Position numbers and translations under genes: made by a program. The notes under the pieces were generated by a model. The model made no database searches, was not told the origin of the DNA, and worked only from the letters and a program-made list of their open reading frames with translations. Shown here piece by piece: positions 43,806 to 52,276 of a DNA stretch of 64,000 nt. The stretch lies in assembly GCA_035546575.1 (NCBI GenBank), contig DASZWN010000001.1, positions 49,082-113,081 on the forward strand, written 5' to 3'. Positions within the stretch are counted from its first letter, which is position 1; each line of letters begins with the position of its first letter. The stretch is from Minisyncoccota bacterium (GTDB taxonomy: Bacteria; Patescibacteriota; Minisyncoccia; Phycocordibacterales; SBAW01).

Positions 43806-44313
43806 TATGCGCACACTTCTAACATCTGCACTGCTCGCTACACTCCTCCTACCATCTATTGGCTTCGCGCAGTCATCTACAAGCACTGCCACAACTACTT
43901 CGCAATCGAGTAACTCGAGTAGCGGTGCTGGTACTGCCCTGTTGATTGGGGCGGGTGTCACTGCAGGTGTAGTAGCAGCTAAGGCGCTCTCGTCAGGCAT
44001 CTCTGGTCCTCCGGGGATTTCTTTCGGTGGTCGAGTATTGACTGCCCTTCCATGCATTAGTCCGCTTGGACCCTCGCTCGCCATTACTATCAAACCTGCA
44101 GGTGTCTTTCCGATCAATTACATTTGGACTCCAGCAACCCTGACTAAGCCAACGCAGCTTTCTGTGCCTACCCCGGGTGGGCAAGTACTCGGTATTGCCG
44201 ATATCCCCTACGCTTGTTGGAACCCTATTAAAGGCGGCCTCTTCGGACTCTTTACGTTCTTGAGCTACTCGTACGGTCTGCGCATGCAGATTGTCGGTAC
44301 TAGCCCTTATTGA
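43806..44313 (+). CDS. Small secreted S/T-rich protein with a central hydrophobic segment
   Basis: It has a signal peptide MRTLLTSALLATLLLPSIGFA. The mature part has an S/T-rich stretch and then LLIGAGVTAGVVAAKAL. It diverges from the T4SS-like operon. Confidence 0.4.
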
Positions 44314-45086
44314 TGCCGGCTTAGCGCAAGCCAAGTTTCAAGCGGCATATCTTCTGCACGCGCGTTTTCGGTTACTCCAATATTCTGCAGAATACCAGAA
44401 TATTCTTTCCCCAACAGAGGCTCTAAGTTGCGTCCAAGCAATTTGCGTTTGTGGGCAAAGCCAGCATGTACGATTTCAAAAAATCTTTTTTCTTGATTTG
44501 CATTCGCAAAATTCTTGCGTGAGATATTCGTGATACTCAGTATCGCAGAGTCTACTTTGGGCGGCGGAGAAAATGCGCCAGCCGGAACGGTATGCATATA
44601 TATTGGAGTGCCGTACGCTTTAACCGAGAGTGAGAGAATGCTTTCTTTTTTTTCGCGCGCAATACGCTCAGCGACTTCTTTTTGTACCAAAAGTGTCATT
44701 GCACTTGGTTGTACACCTGATGACAAAAATTTTTCCATAATCGCACCCGTGATGTAGTACGGAATATTTGCAACAAGTTTATATGCACGGTCTTTGAGCT
44801 CAAGCGTCTCTGCGCCAACCTCCAATGCGTCACCCTCGATCAGCGAAAGTTTTTTCTCGCGAATATCCTCGGCAAATGTTTTTTGTAGTATCGGAATTAG
44901 CCGCGAATCTTTTTCGATTGCAACAACTTCTGCGCCGCGCGCGATAAGTGCGGCGGTGAGCGCGCCGTCTCCAGGCCCGATTTCGAGTACGCGCTCCCCC
45001 GGCTTAATGTCGGCCGCATCGACGATCATGTTCAGATAATGCGTCGAGTGTAAAAAATGCTGCCCGAGAGATTTTTTCTGAAACAT
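44307..45086 (-). CDS. rsmA: 16S rRNA (adenine1518/1519-N6)-dimethyltransferase
   Basis: It reads MFQKKSLGQHFL..., has SAM motif I VLEIGPGDGALT, and an NIPY motif. Confidence 0.9.
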   Translation of the reverse strand: MFQKKSLGQHFLHSTHYLNMIVDAADIKPGERVLEIGPGDGALTAALIARGAEVVAIEKDSRLIPILQKTFAEDIREKKLSLIEGDALEVGAETLELKDRAYKLVANIPYYITGAIMEKFLSSGVQPSAMTLLVQKEVAERIAREKKESILSLSVKAYGTPIYMHTVPAGAFSPPPKVDSAILSITNISRKNFANANQEKRFFEIVHAGFAHKRKLLGRNLEPLLGKEYSGILQNIGVTENARAEDMPLETWLALSRHQ

Positions 45087-45101
45087 AGCAATCAGTCGTG
45101 T

Positions 45102-47054
45102 TTAGTCTAGATAGATAGTTCGACGTGCGCCCTGCCTGCCGGCAGGCAGGTCCGGCGCCTCATTGGTAATCAGGTCCTCTGGGATGTCAGAGAGAAACTG
45201 CGATGGAATGGTTGCATTTTTGGAGCCAAACACGGTGCGGTAGGCCGCAAAACTCAAGTACAACTTCTCTTTTGCGCGTGTGATAGCAACGTACATTAAG
45301 CGTCGCTCCTCCTCCCTATCAGACTCACTGCCTTCGTCGCGCTCATACGGAAAAAGACCTTCTTCTAAGCCCGTAATAAACACGTGCGGGTACTCAAGCC
45401 CTTTGGCAGCGTGCACGGTCATGAGTCTAACCGAGTTTGCCTCGTCTTTAAGCTCGTCCTGATCAGATGCAAGTGCGGCAGACTCCAAAAACTTCTCGAG
45501 TGCCTCTAAAGGGGTTGCCTCGCTGTTGTCGTAGCGAGCAGCGAGCGTAACTAGCTCGCGCACGTTCTCAAGGCGCTCAGCGCCCTCAAGCTTGTCTGCT
45601 TTGTACATGCGGTCCATGCCGCTCTCTTCCATCACAAACTGCAGCAGCTTTGACGGCTGTAATTCCTGTGCGGTATTTTTTATTTTTTCGAGTAATAGGC
45701 GGAAGAGTTTTACTTTGACACCGACAGCTCCGCCGAGCTCTGCTTCTCCACCCCCGAGCATTTTTAAGAGCGTTACTTTGCCGATGCCGCGCGGCGGCAC
45801 GTTAGCGACGCGCGCAATGTCGGGCGCGGTGCCGTATACTGATGCGCGCACAAACGAGATGACGTCTTTAACCTCCTTGCGCTCGAAAAATTTCGTTCCC
45901 AGCACTTGGTACGGGATATCAGAAGAGAGCAAAGCTTCTTCTATCGCGCGTGACTGAAAATTTGCGCGGTAGAGTACGCAGAAATCGCGCGCCTGCCTGC
46001 CGGCAGGCAGGGCGCTTATCAACTCTTTTATTTTGCGCGCGATAAACATGCCCTCGTCGAGCTCATCAAATGCCTGGTAGAGCGAGAGCATCTCGCCGTC
46101 GGTGTTTTTTGTAAACAGATTCTTTTCTCGGCGGTACACATTTTTAGCAATTACCTCGTTTGCCGCAGCAAGTATATTTTTGGTCGAGCGGTAGTTCTCC
46201 TCAAGTATCACAATTTTGCCTCCAGGAAACTGTTTCTCAAACGACAGTATGTTTGCAATTTGGGCGCCGCGCCAGCCGTAGATTGTCTGGTCGATATCCC
46301 CCACCGCGCAGATATTCTTGGCAGGACCAACAAGAAGCTCCACCATCTCGGCTTGGATCCCGTTGGTGTCCTGATACTCGTCTATATGTATATACGGCCA
46401 TCGAGCCTGATACATCGCACGACGCTCCGGGTTCTCGCGCAAAAATCGCACCGAGCGCAGCAATAGGTCGTCGAAGTCGAGCGCCTGGTCTGCCGCAAGC
46501 GCGTGTTCGTAGGTCATCCAGACCGAGGCGAGCGCCCGCTCGCGCGGATTTTTGGTTGCCTCGATATACTCGCCTGCCGTCCTGCCCTCCCCCTTGTTGC
46601 GGGAGATCATACCGAGCGCCGCACGAGGCTCGATATCCTCAAGCCCAAGCGACTTAAGCGCCTCTTTTACCGCCCGCATCGAGTCGTTGCGGTCGTAGAT
46701 TGCCGGCGTACGCTTATAGCCCATGGATTTTGCGTTCTCCTTGATGATTGTGAGTCCGAGTGAGTGGAAGGTCGAGATAAACGGCGGTCGCAATCGCTCA
46801 GACACTGGTCTATTAATGATTTTATCTTCCAAAAGCAGCTTAATCGTCCGCTCGCGCATCTCGCTTGCCGCCTTATTGGTAAATGTAATGGCAAGAATCT
46901 TCTCGGGAGCGACTCCTTTGTGCACGATCTCGAGTATCCGGTGCGTGATCACGCGAGTTTTGCCGGCTCCGGCACCCGCGAGCACCAAAAGCGGGCCCTC
47001 GGTGCATAACACCGCTTCTTTTTGTGCGTCATTTAACCCTTGTAGATGCTCCAC
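45102..47054 (-). CDS. pcrA: ATP-dependent DNA helicase PcrA/UvrD
   Basis: Walker A reads LAGAGAGKTRVITHRI. Other motifs include TFTNKAA, DEYQDTN and VHAAKGLEYP. Two in-frame palindromic repeat copies are embedded, encoding LPAGRQ at an internal site and at the C-terminus. Confidence 0.9.
   Translation of the reverse strand: MEHLQGLNDAQKEAVLCTEGPLLVLAGAGAGKTRVITHRILEIVHKGVAPEKILAITFTNKAASEMRERTIKLLLEDKIINRPVSERLRPPFISTFHSLGLTIIKENAKSMGYKRTPAIYDRNDSMRAVKEALKSLGLEDIEPRAALGMISRNKGEGRTAGEYIEATKNPRERALASVWMTYEHALAADQALDFDDLLLRSVRFLRENPERRAMYQARWPYIHIDEYQDTNGIQAEMVELLVGPAKNICAVGDIDQTIYGWRGAQIANILSFEKQFPGGKIVILEENYRSTKNILAAANEVIAKNVYRREKNLFTKNTDGEMLSLYQAFDELDEGMFIARKIKELISALPAGRQARDFCVLYRANFQSRAIEEALLSSDIPYQVLGTKFFERKEVKDVISFVRASVYGTAPDIARVANVPPRGIGKVTLLKMLGGGEAELGGAVGVKVKLFRLLLEKIKNTAQELQPSKLLQFVMEESGMDRMYKADKLEGAERLENVRELVTLAARYDNSEATPLEALEKFLESAALASDQDELKDEANSVRLMTVHAAKGLEYPHVFITGLEEGLFPYERDEGSESDREEERRLMYVAITRAKEKLYLSFAAYRTVFGSKNATIPSQFLSDIPEDLITNEAPDLPAGRQGARRTIYLD
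45131..45150. repeat. Perfect 20-bp palindrome CCTGCCTGCCGGCAGGCAGG at the pcrA 3' end, in frame as LPAGRQ
   Basis: The exact palindrome is flanked by GCGCC/GGCGC. It is identical to the copy at 45992..46011. Confidence 0.85.
45992..46011. repeat. Perfect 20-bp palindrome CCTGCCTGCCGGCAGGCAGG internal to pcrA, in frame as LPAGRQ
   Basis: Exact copy, flanked by GCGCG and GCGC. Confidence 0.85.
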
Positions 47055-47196
47055 CCATCATGTATACCACCCGATTTAGTTATCCACAGCCCTTTTGTAG
47101 CTATATTGACCCTCCCCCTCACTCCGGTATAGTGGGTAAGCGCAGGGTGAACGGATGATTAAGTGGCTCAACAGAGCCATTTATTGACGGAGTACG

Positions 47197-48348
47197 GTGA
47201 AATTGCGGTTAAATAGGCTTATAGCTTCTCACAAAACAGTCCCTTCTTCGGTGGTTGAGCCATATTCTGCGAAGAAGGCAAAAAAAGCGTTATTTATCAA
47301 GCTTTCTATAGGTTTGGCTTCCCTCGTAGTACTTATTGTGCCCCTCGCTGCCCAGGCGGGGGTTCTTTCTATCTTCACGCTTCTATTTGAAAAATCGGCG
47401 GCGGTTACGAGCGCGCAGGGTGTTTCGCTCAATTCTCAGACAATCCCCCTTCTCCAGCCAGCTATTAACCTCGACCCGAACCCTGCCAAGGGTGGCGGCG
47501 ACATTACCGTGGTAGACGGCGCAGCCCTTGTTGCGCTCGATGGGCCCTCCGGCACGCCAGCCGACACGAGCGAGAAGCCGCAATCTTCGCAGATTAGCGT
47601 ATACACGGTGCGCTCTGGCGACACGCTCTCGGGTATTGCCGAGATGTTTGATGTTACGGTCAACACGATCATCTGGGCCAACGACATTAAGGGCCGTGTG
47701 ATCCACCCAGGGGACATGCTCATTATTTTGCCGGTTACCGGGTTGCGCCACACCGTAGCTAAAGGCGAGACGCTCGCCTCAATTGCCAAGACCTACAAGG
47801 GCGATGCGGCTGAGATCGCAAGCTACAACGAACTCGCTGGCGATGCTGCGCTTACGGTCGGTAGTGTCGTGATTATCCCGAATGGTGAAGCGGTTGCAGT
47901 TACCGCGTCGGCATCAGCGCCAAGCAAAATCATCGCCTCGATTCCGAAAACAGGCACGACCGCAAAACTCCACGACGCAGGTGGTCCCGACCTCGACTCC
48001 GACTACGTATGGCCGCTTGATGGCGGAGTGATCACGCAAGGTCTCCATGGATACAACGCGGTGGACATTGGCGCACCAAAAGGTACTCCAATATTTGCAG
48101 CGGCAGCCGGCACCGTGATCATCGCAAAAGACAACGGCGCGTGGAACGGCGGCTACGGCAACTACATCGTGATCCAACACAGCAACGGCACGCAGACGCT
48201 CTATGCACACGCAAGCTCAATCTCAGTCTCGCCAGGCGACCAAGTAGCGCAAGGGCAGACCATCGGCCGTGTCGGCCGCACCGGTGAGGCAACGGGCTAC
48301 CACCTCCACTTCGAGGTCCGCGGAGCAAAAAACCCGTTCGGTAAATAA
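47197..48348 (+). CDS. LysM-domain M23 family metallopeptidase
   Basis: There is a signal or transmembrane segment, then two LysM repeats (YTVRSGDTLSGIAEMF and HTVAKGETLASIAKTY). The M23 motifs are HGYNAVDIGA and GYHLHFEVR. Confidence 0.8.
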   Translation: MKLRLNRLIASHKTVPSSVVEPYSAKKAKKALFIKLSIGLASLVVLIVPLAAQAGVLSIFTLLFEKSAAVTSAQGVSLNSQTIPLLQPAINLDPNPAKGGGDITVVDGAALVALDGPSGTPADTSEKPQSSQISVYTVRSGDTLSGIAEMFDVTVNTIIWANDIKGRVIHPGDMLIILPVTGLRHTVAKGETLASIAKTYKGDAAEIASYNELAGDAALTVGSVVIIPNGEAVAVTASASAPSKIIASIPKTGTTAKLHDAGGPDLDSDYVWPLDGGVITQGLHGYNAVDIGAPKGTPIFAAAAGTVIIAKDNGAWNGGYGNYIVIQHSNGTQTLYAHASSISVSPGDQVAQGQTIGRVGRTGEATGYHLHFEVRGAKNPFGK

Positions 48349-48362
48349 AAATATAAATAGAA

Positions 48363-48398
48363 AAAACCGCGGCAACGTATCGCCGCGGTTTTTATTTT
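48363..48398. terminator. Bidirectional rho-independent terminator (AAAAAACCGCGGC-AACGTAT-CGCCGCGGTTTTTATTTT)
   Basis: It lies between the convergent M23 peptidase gene and the membrane-protein gene. It has an 11-bp GC stem with an A-run on one side and a T-run on the other. Confidence 0.75.
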
Positions 48399-48401
48399 AA
48401 T

Positions 48402-48965
48402 TTAAATCTTCCTTCTGGACAGAATGATACTAACTACCACAGCATTCATAACAAGAAGGGCTGCTGGGTAGATATATGTAGCTACGGCAAAGCTCGCAAG
48501 AGCTAATATTGCTAGTCCATGTCGGAAGAGATTTAAAATCCAAGAAATAAGAGTTTCGCTCGAAGGATCTTTAAATGTTTTTCGGATTGTTGGGAAGAAT
48601 GCGCACACATCTACAAAAGTCGCAATTACGACCGAGAGTGTTGGATCGCTCGTAAGAAACCAGGGAATTATTGCAATAAGAGCTGCTACTAAAAATATAA
48701 TATCCAATCTTGTTACGTCATTTGTGCCGTATTTAAAACAGAGAATTAATACAACAATTGTAAGAATGGCCATAACTCCGGTAGTCCAGGCGCCAGGTCC
48801 AGCACCTGCAGCTTGCTGCCCAAAAAATGCTAACGCTGTGACGATTGCCCAAATAAGATAAGTAAAAAGATGTGGTTTAGTTTTTCCTTTTATGGTGTCG
48901 CGGATATATGGGATGAATCCAACAACGCTCAACACTACTGTAATGACGCCCAGGAGTTCTTTCAC
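48402..48965 (-). CDS. Polytopic membrane protein, unknown function
   Basis: 187 aa with 5-6 transmembrane helices. Confidence 0.45.
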   Translation of the reverse strand: MKELLGVITVVLSVVGFIPYIRDTIKGKTKPHLFTYLIWAIVTALAFFGQQAAGAGPGAWTTGVMAILTIVVLILCFKYGTNDVTRLDIIFLVAALIAIIPWFLTSDPTLSVVIATFVDVCAFFPTIRKTFKDPSSETLISWILNLFRHGLAILALASFAVATYIYPAALLVMNAVVVSIILSRRKI

Positions 48966-49029
48966 AAGACAATTATAGCAGGAGTACCTTTCTTGATCGT
49001 GTGAAACAAATTTGTGTATGAAACCCGTT

Positions 49030-50580
49030 TCAGGCTTTCTTTTGGCGGTATTGTAGCGCCTCTAGGATATGACTCTCCTCTACGTGCTCGCTCCCGTCGA
49101 GGTCGGCAATGGTACGCGCAACTTTTATAACGCGATGAAACGCTCTTGGCGAAAGATTTAAGCGCTCGCCCGCTCTCTCGAGCGTGGTACGCACATACGG
49201 TGTGAGCGGCACCAAGTCGTCAAGCTCTCTTGGAGAAAGCTCGCTGTTCGTTTTGCCCTTTTTGCCAAAGCGCCGCTCTTGCGCCGCGCGTGCGCGCAGC
49301 ACCGCTTGGCGCGCTGCCGCTGTCTCAGTCCCCTCTTTGCTTCTCTTGCCCAATTCACCTAGTTCAACCGGACCCATGGTCATCCAGAGGTCGACGCGGT
49401 CTGCAATGGGCCCCGAAATTTTGCGGCGATAGCGCTCCAGGCTGATCGGCGTGCAGGTGCATGCAATCTCCGGGTGGCCATAGTTGCCGCACGGGCATGG
49501 GTTCATGGCGGCAACAAGCGTAAAGCGCGCGGGGAAAAGTGCGGTGCCGCGTGCGCGTGAGATCGAGATCACGCGGTCCTCCATAGGTTGGCGCAGCGCC
49601 TCGATTACGCGCCGCTCAAACTCCGGAAATTCGTCCAAAAATAGTACACCGCGATGAGCAAGCGTCGCTTCGCCGGGGCGCGGGTTAGCGCCGCCGCCCA
49701 CAATCGATACATAGGACGCAGTGTGATGCGGGCTGCGCATCGGCGGCATCGTCATCAGCTTGCCATGGAGCACTCCTGCAACCGAGTGAATGCTGTTGAC
49801 CTCAAGCATTTCGTCAAACGAAAGGGCCGGTAACACCGACGCAAGTGCGCGGGCGAGCATGGTCTTACCGGTCCCTGGCGGGCCAGATAGGCCAAGATTG
49901 TGACCGCCCGCGGCTGCAATAATTGCCGCGCGCTTTGCGCTCTCCTGTCCGCGGATATCCTCGAATGCAAATTTAGATTCGTCGTATTCGGGCTCAAGTT
50001 TTGTTTGCGGAGTCGGCGTAATTTTTGCGGTTGATCGTTTTTTCTTAGAATCTTTTTCTTGTTTGGTGTTTAGGTGCGCGATAACCTCGTCTAAAGTTTT
50101 TGCGCCATATACTTCTATTCCTGGCACAAGCGCGGCCTCCTCCTCGTTTTCTTTTGGTACAAAAATTGCGCGCTTGCCCTGTTTCTTTGCTTCGGCGACA
50201 AGCGGCAAGATACCGCGCACACCGCGCAGCTGTCCGTCGAGTGAAAGCTCGCCGATAAAAAGATATGGCTCGGGGTCAAACCTAATATCGTCGCTCGCGA
50301 GCAAATACGAAAGCGCAATCGGCAGGTCAAACATCGGGCCCTCCTTTTTTAAATCGGCCGGTGCGAGCGAGATGACAATTTTTTGGTTGCGCGATTTTGG
50401 CGACTCAAAACCCGAGTGCTTGATTGCGGCGGCAACGCGATCGCGCGACTCTTCGACCGCCTTGTCAGGAAGCCCGACGACAGTAAACGAATGCAGGCCA
50501 CGCGAGAGGTCGGTCTCAACCGAAACAATATACGGAGAAAGGAGCGAGGTCTGTGCGCCGTATACGCGAGCATATTGCAT
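49030..50580 (-). CDS. comM: Mg-chelatase-like AAA+ ATPase YifB/ComM
   Basis: It has a Lon-like N-domain, Walker A LSGPPGTGKTML and Walker B VLFLDEFPEF. A C-terminal ChlI domain is present. Confidence 0.85.
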   Translation of the reverse strand: MQYARVYGAQTSLLSPYIVSVETDLSRGLHSFTVVGLPDKAVEESRDRVAAAIKHSGFESPKSRNQKIVISLAPADLKKEGPMFDLPIALSYLLASDDIRFDPEPYLFIGELSLDGQLRGVRGILPLVAEAKKQGKRAIFVPKENEEEAALVPGIEVYGAKTLDEVIAHLNTKQEKDSKKKRSTAKITPTPQTKLEPEYDESKFAFEDIRGQESAKRAAIIAAAGGHNLGLSGPPGTGKTMLARALASVLPALSFDEMLEVNSIHSVAGVLHGKLMTMPPMRSPHHTASYVSIVGGGANPRPGEATLAHRGVLFLDEFPEFERRVIEALRQPMEDRVISISRARGTALFPARFTLVAAMNPCPCGNYGHPEIACTCTPISLERYRRKISGPIADRVDLWMTMGPVELGELGKRSKEGTETAAARQAVLRARAAQERRFGKKGKTNSELSPRELDDLVPLTPYVRTTLERAGERLNLSPRAFHRVIKVARTIADLDGSEHVEESHILEALQYRQKKA

Positions 50581-50606
50581 CGCGATATACTACGCGCGCG
50601 AGTGTT

Positions 50607-50984
50607 TTATGCAAGTGTACTTTCTTCTGTCATGTGGTCTTTGCAGGTGCGTGCTGCCGGGTTTGCCTCCAAGCGATCCTCTTCAATAGTCTCCCCTCCT
50701 ATCTCGCATATGCCGTAGGTGCCGTCCGTAATTTTGCCGAGTGCGCGCTTGATGTTGTTGTAGCGGATCTCGAGCGTGTCGTTGATGGCGCGATTTTCGC
50801 CATACTCCTCCATTTTGTCGGCAGCCTCGTTCTCGTCGGCTGGCGAGGGCATGGTGTCCATGTCTACCTCTTTCGCTTCCCAGTCGGCCGGATTATGCGG
50901 GTTTTGTACGCCTACGGTCTTGAGTTCTGCCTCAACGGTCTTCAATTCTGCCTCGAGCATGCCCTTAAAGTGTGCTGTATTCAT
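50607..50984 (-). CDS. DksA/TraR-family C4 zinc-finger protein
   Basis: It has a coiled-coil N-region and a C-terminal CxxC...CxxH-type finger (GICEIGGETIEEDRLEANPAARTCKDH). Confidence 0.65.
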   Translation of the reverse strand: MNTAHFKGMLEAELKTVEAELKTVGVQNPHNPADWEAKEVDMDTMPSPADENEAADKMEEYGENRAINDTLEIRYNNIKRALGKITDGTYGICEIGGETIEEDRLEANPAARTCKDHMTEESTLA

Positions 50985-51025
50985 GGATATATACTAACAA
51001 TTCTTTTAAAGATACAAAATCAGCT

Positions 51026-52276
51026 CTACGGAAGCGGGGTGATAGGCGGATTTTTAAGGCGCGAGATTATCTCGCGCAACGTTACCTCGTTGGTGGTGAT
51101 AACCAGTGTTTTGCGGTCGAGGAACGACCACAAAAGCAAAATATTGCCTGCACTGTCTTGTATCACGCGCGCGTCATGATTTTCGACGATACGGTCAATA
51201 AATGTTGTCGATGCCGTGTAATTTGGAACAGGCGGTGTAGTAGTTGTCGTTGCAGTTGAGGTCGCAGTGCTCTGTGTAGTAGTTGCGTTTGGTTGAGTGG
51301 CCATAATTTGGAGCCGCGGAGTGCGAGCAAACAAGGGTGCCAGATCTTTTTGCATGTATGGCTCCCAATTGAGAATCGCGGCATAGGCTTGTTCGTACGA
51401 GTCGGCCTTAAGGATCAAGAACGGCTGATTTTCTTCGTATACGTGTATGCCAAGCACAAACTCGCTAGGATCAATGGTCCGCGTAAGCGTGTCCGGCACG
51501 TTGGGAGAGAGAAACTGGAGCACTTCTTGAGCGCTAAGCGGGTCGATCGCTTGTTCACCGCTCGCAGTGGTCGAAGAGTAAGCCATGTATAAACGCTCAA
51601 TAAGGCCAAGTGGAAGTTTAACCGCTTTGCGCTCGTCGTTGAGCGCGTTTACCACGTCGGCGTGCGTAAGCTTTTTGTCCGGAGCAATCGTGAGCACCTT
51701 GGTGCCATCGATAGTGATAAACGGCGCCGCTACTGCAGAAGGTACATTCACCGTCTTGGGCGGCTGGAGTACAAAAAGGATAAGACCAATCGCAGCAACA
51801 ACAAGCACTGCGCCGCCTGCCAGCATGCCGGTACGCTTGAGCACCCCTAGCCAATCAAAAGGTGCTGCGGGCGGTGGTTCTTCTCCCAAACTGGTAACTT
51901 CCCGCCGCGCCGCCTCTGCAGCAGCAATAGACACCACCGACATATTTTTGTTCTGGACCAGCTTCTCGATATCGCCCTGATATGTCTCGACCGGTTTTAC
52001 AAAGGCATCTTCTTTTTTTTGCTCTGGCGCAGGCGTTATTGGTGCGGGAGCCGGTTGCTTGGGCAGCGTCGCAGTTTGCTCTTGGGCTACAAGCGCGCCG
52101 GCACTGACGCGCTGTGCACTATCCACCGTTTTTCCGGGCGCGTCTTTTTTTGGTAGAAGTATTTTACTGAGGTCGACGCCGCCAGCTCCTGATTGCGGCA
52201 CGGGCACGGGAGGTGCCGGCGGAGTATTAGAACTCCCTCCTTGGGGGTCTTGGGGAACGATCGGATTGAGATCCAT
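51026..52276 (-). CDS. Membrane-anchored hypothetical protein (Pro-rich N-terminus, one transmembrane helix, extracytoplasmic domain)
   Basis: 416 aa. A central transmembrane helix reads MLAGGAVLVVAAIGLILFVL. A T-rich linker sits near the C-terminus. The annotated start overlaps the pnp 3' end by 50 nt, so a later start is possible. Confidence 0.45.
   Translation of the reverse strand: MDLNPIVPQDPQGGSSNTPPAPPVPVPQSGAGGVDLSKILLPKKDAPGKTVDSAQRVSAGALVAQEQTATLPKQPAPAPITPAPEQKKEDAFVKPVETYQGDIEKLVQNKNMSVVSIAAAEAARREVTSLGEEPPPAAPFDWLGVLKRTGMLAGGAVLVVAAIGLILFVLQPPKTVNVPSAVAAPFITIDGTKVLTIAPDKKLTHADVVNALNDERKAVKLPLGLIERLYMAYSSTTASGEQAIDPLSAQEVLQFLSPNVPDTLTRTIDPSEFVLGIHVYEENQPFLILKADSYEQAYAAILNWEPYMQKDLAPLFARTPRLQIMATQPNATTTQSTATSTATTTTTPPVPNYTASTTFIDRIVENHDARVIQDSAGNILLLWSFLDRKTLVITTNEVTLREIISRLKNPPITPLP

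Noticed and set aside
31327-44313. Conjugative ICE/plasmid interpretation of the VirB4 cluster
   Set aside because: There is no relaxase, VirD4, replication or partition genes and no integrase adjacent. The flanks are core genes (jag/yidC and ksgA/pcrA). I therefore described it as a chromosomal T4SS-like apparatus.
52227-52276. 50-nt overlap between the pnp 3' end and the start of the downstream membrane-protein ORF
   Set aside because: This is probably an over-extended start call for the downstream gene, since internal start codons are available. It is not evidence for a fused or frameshifted gene.
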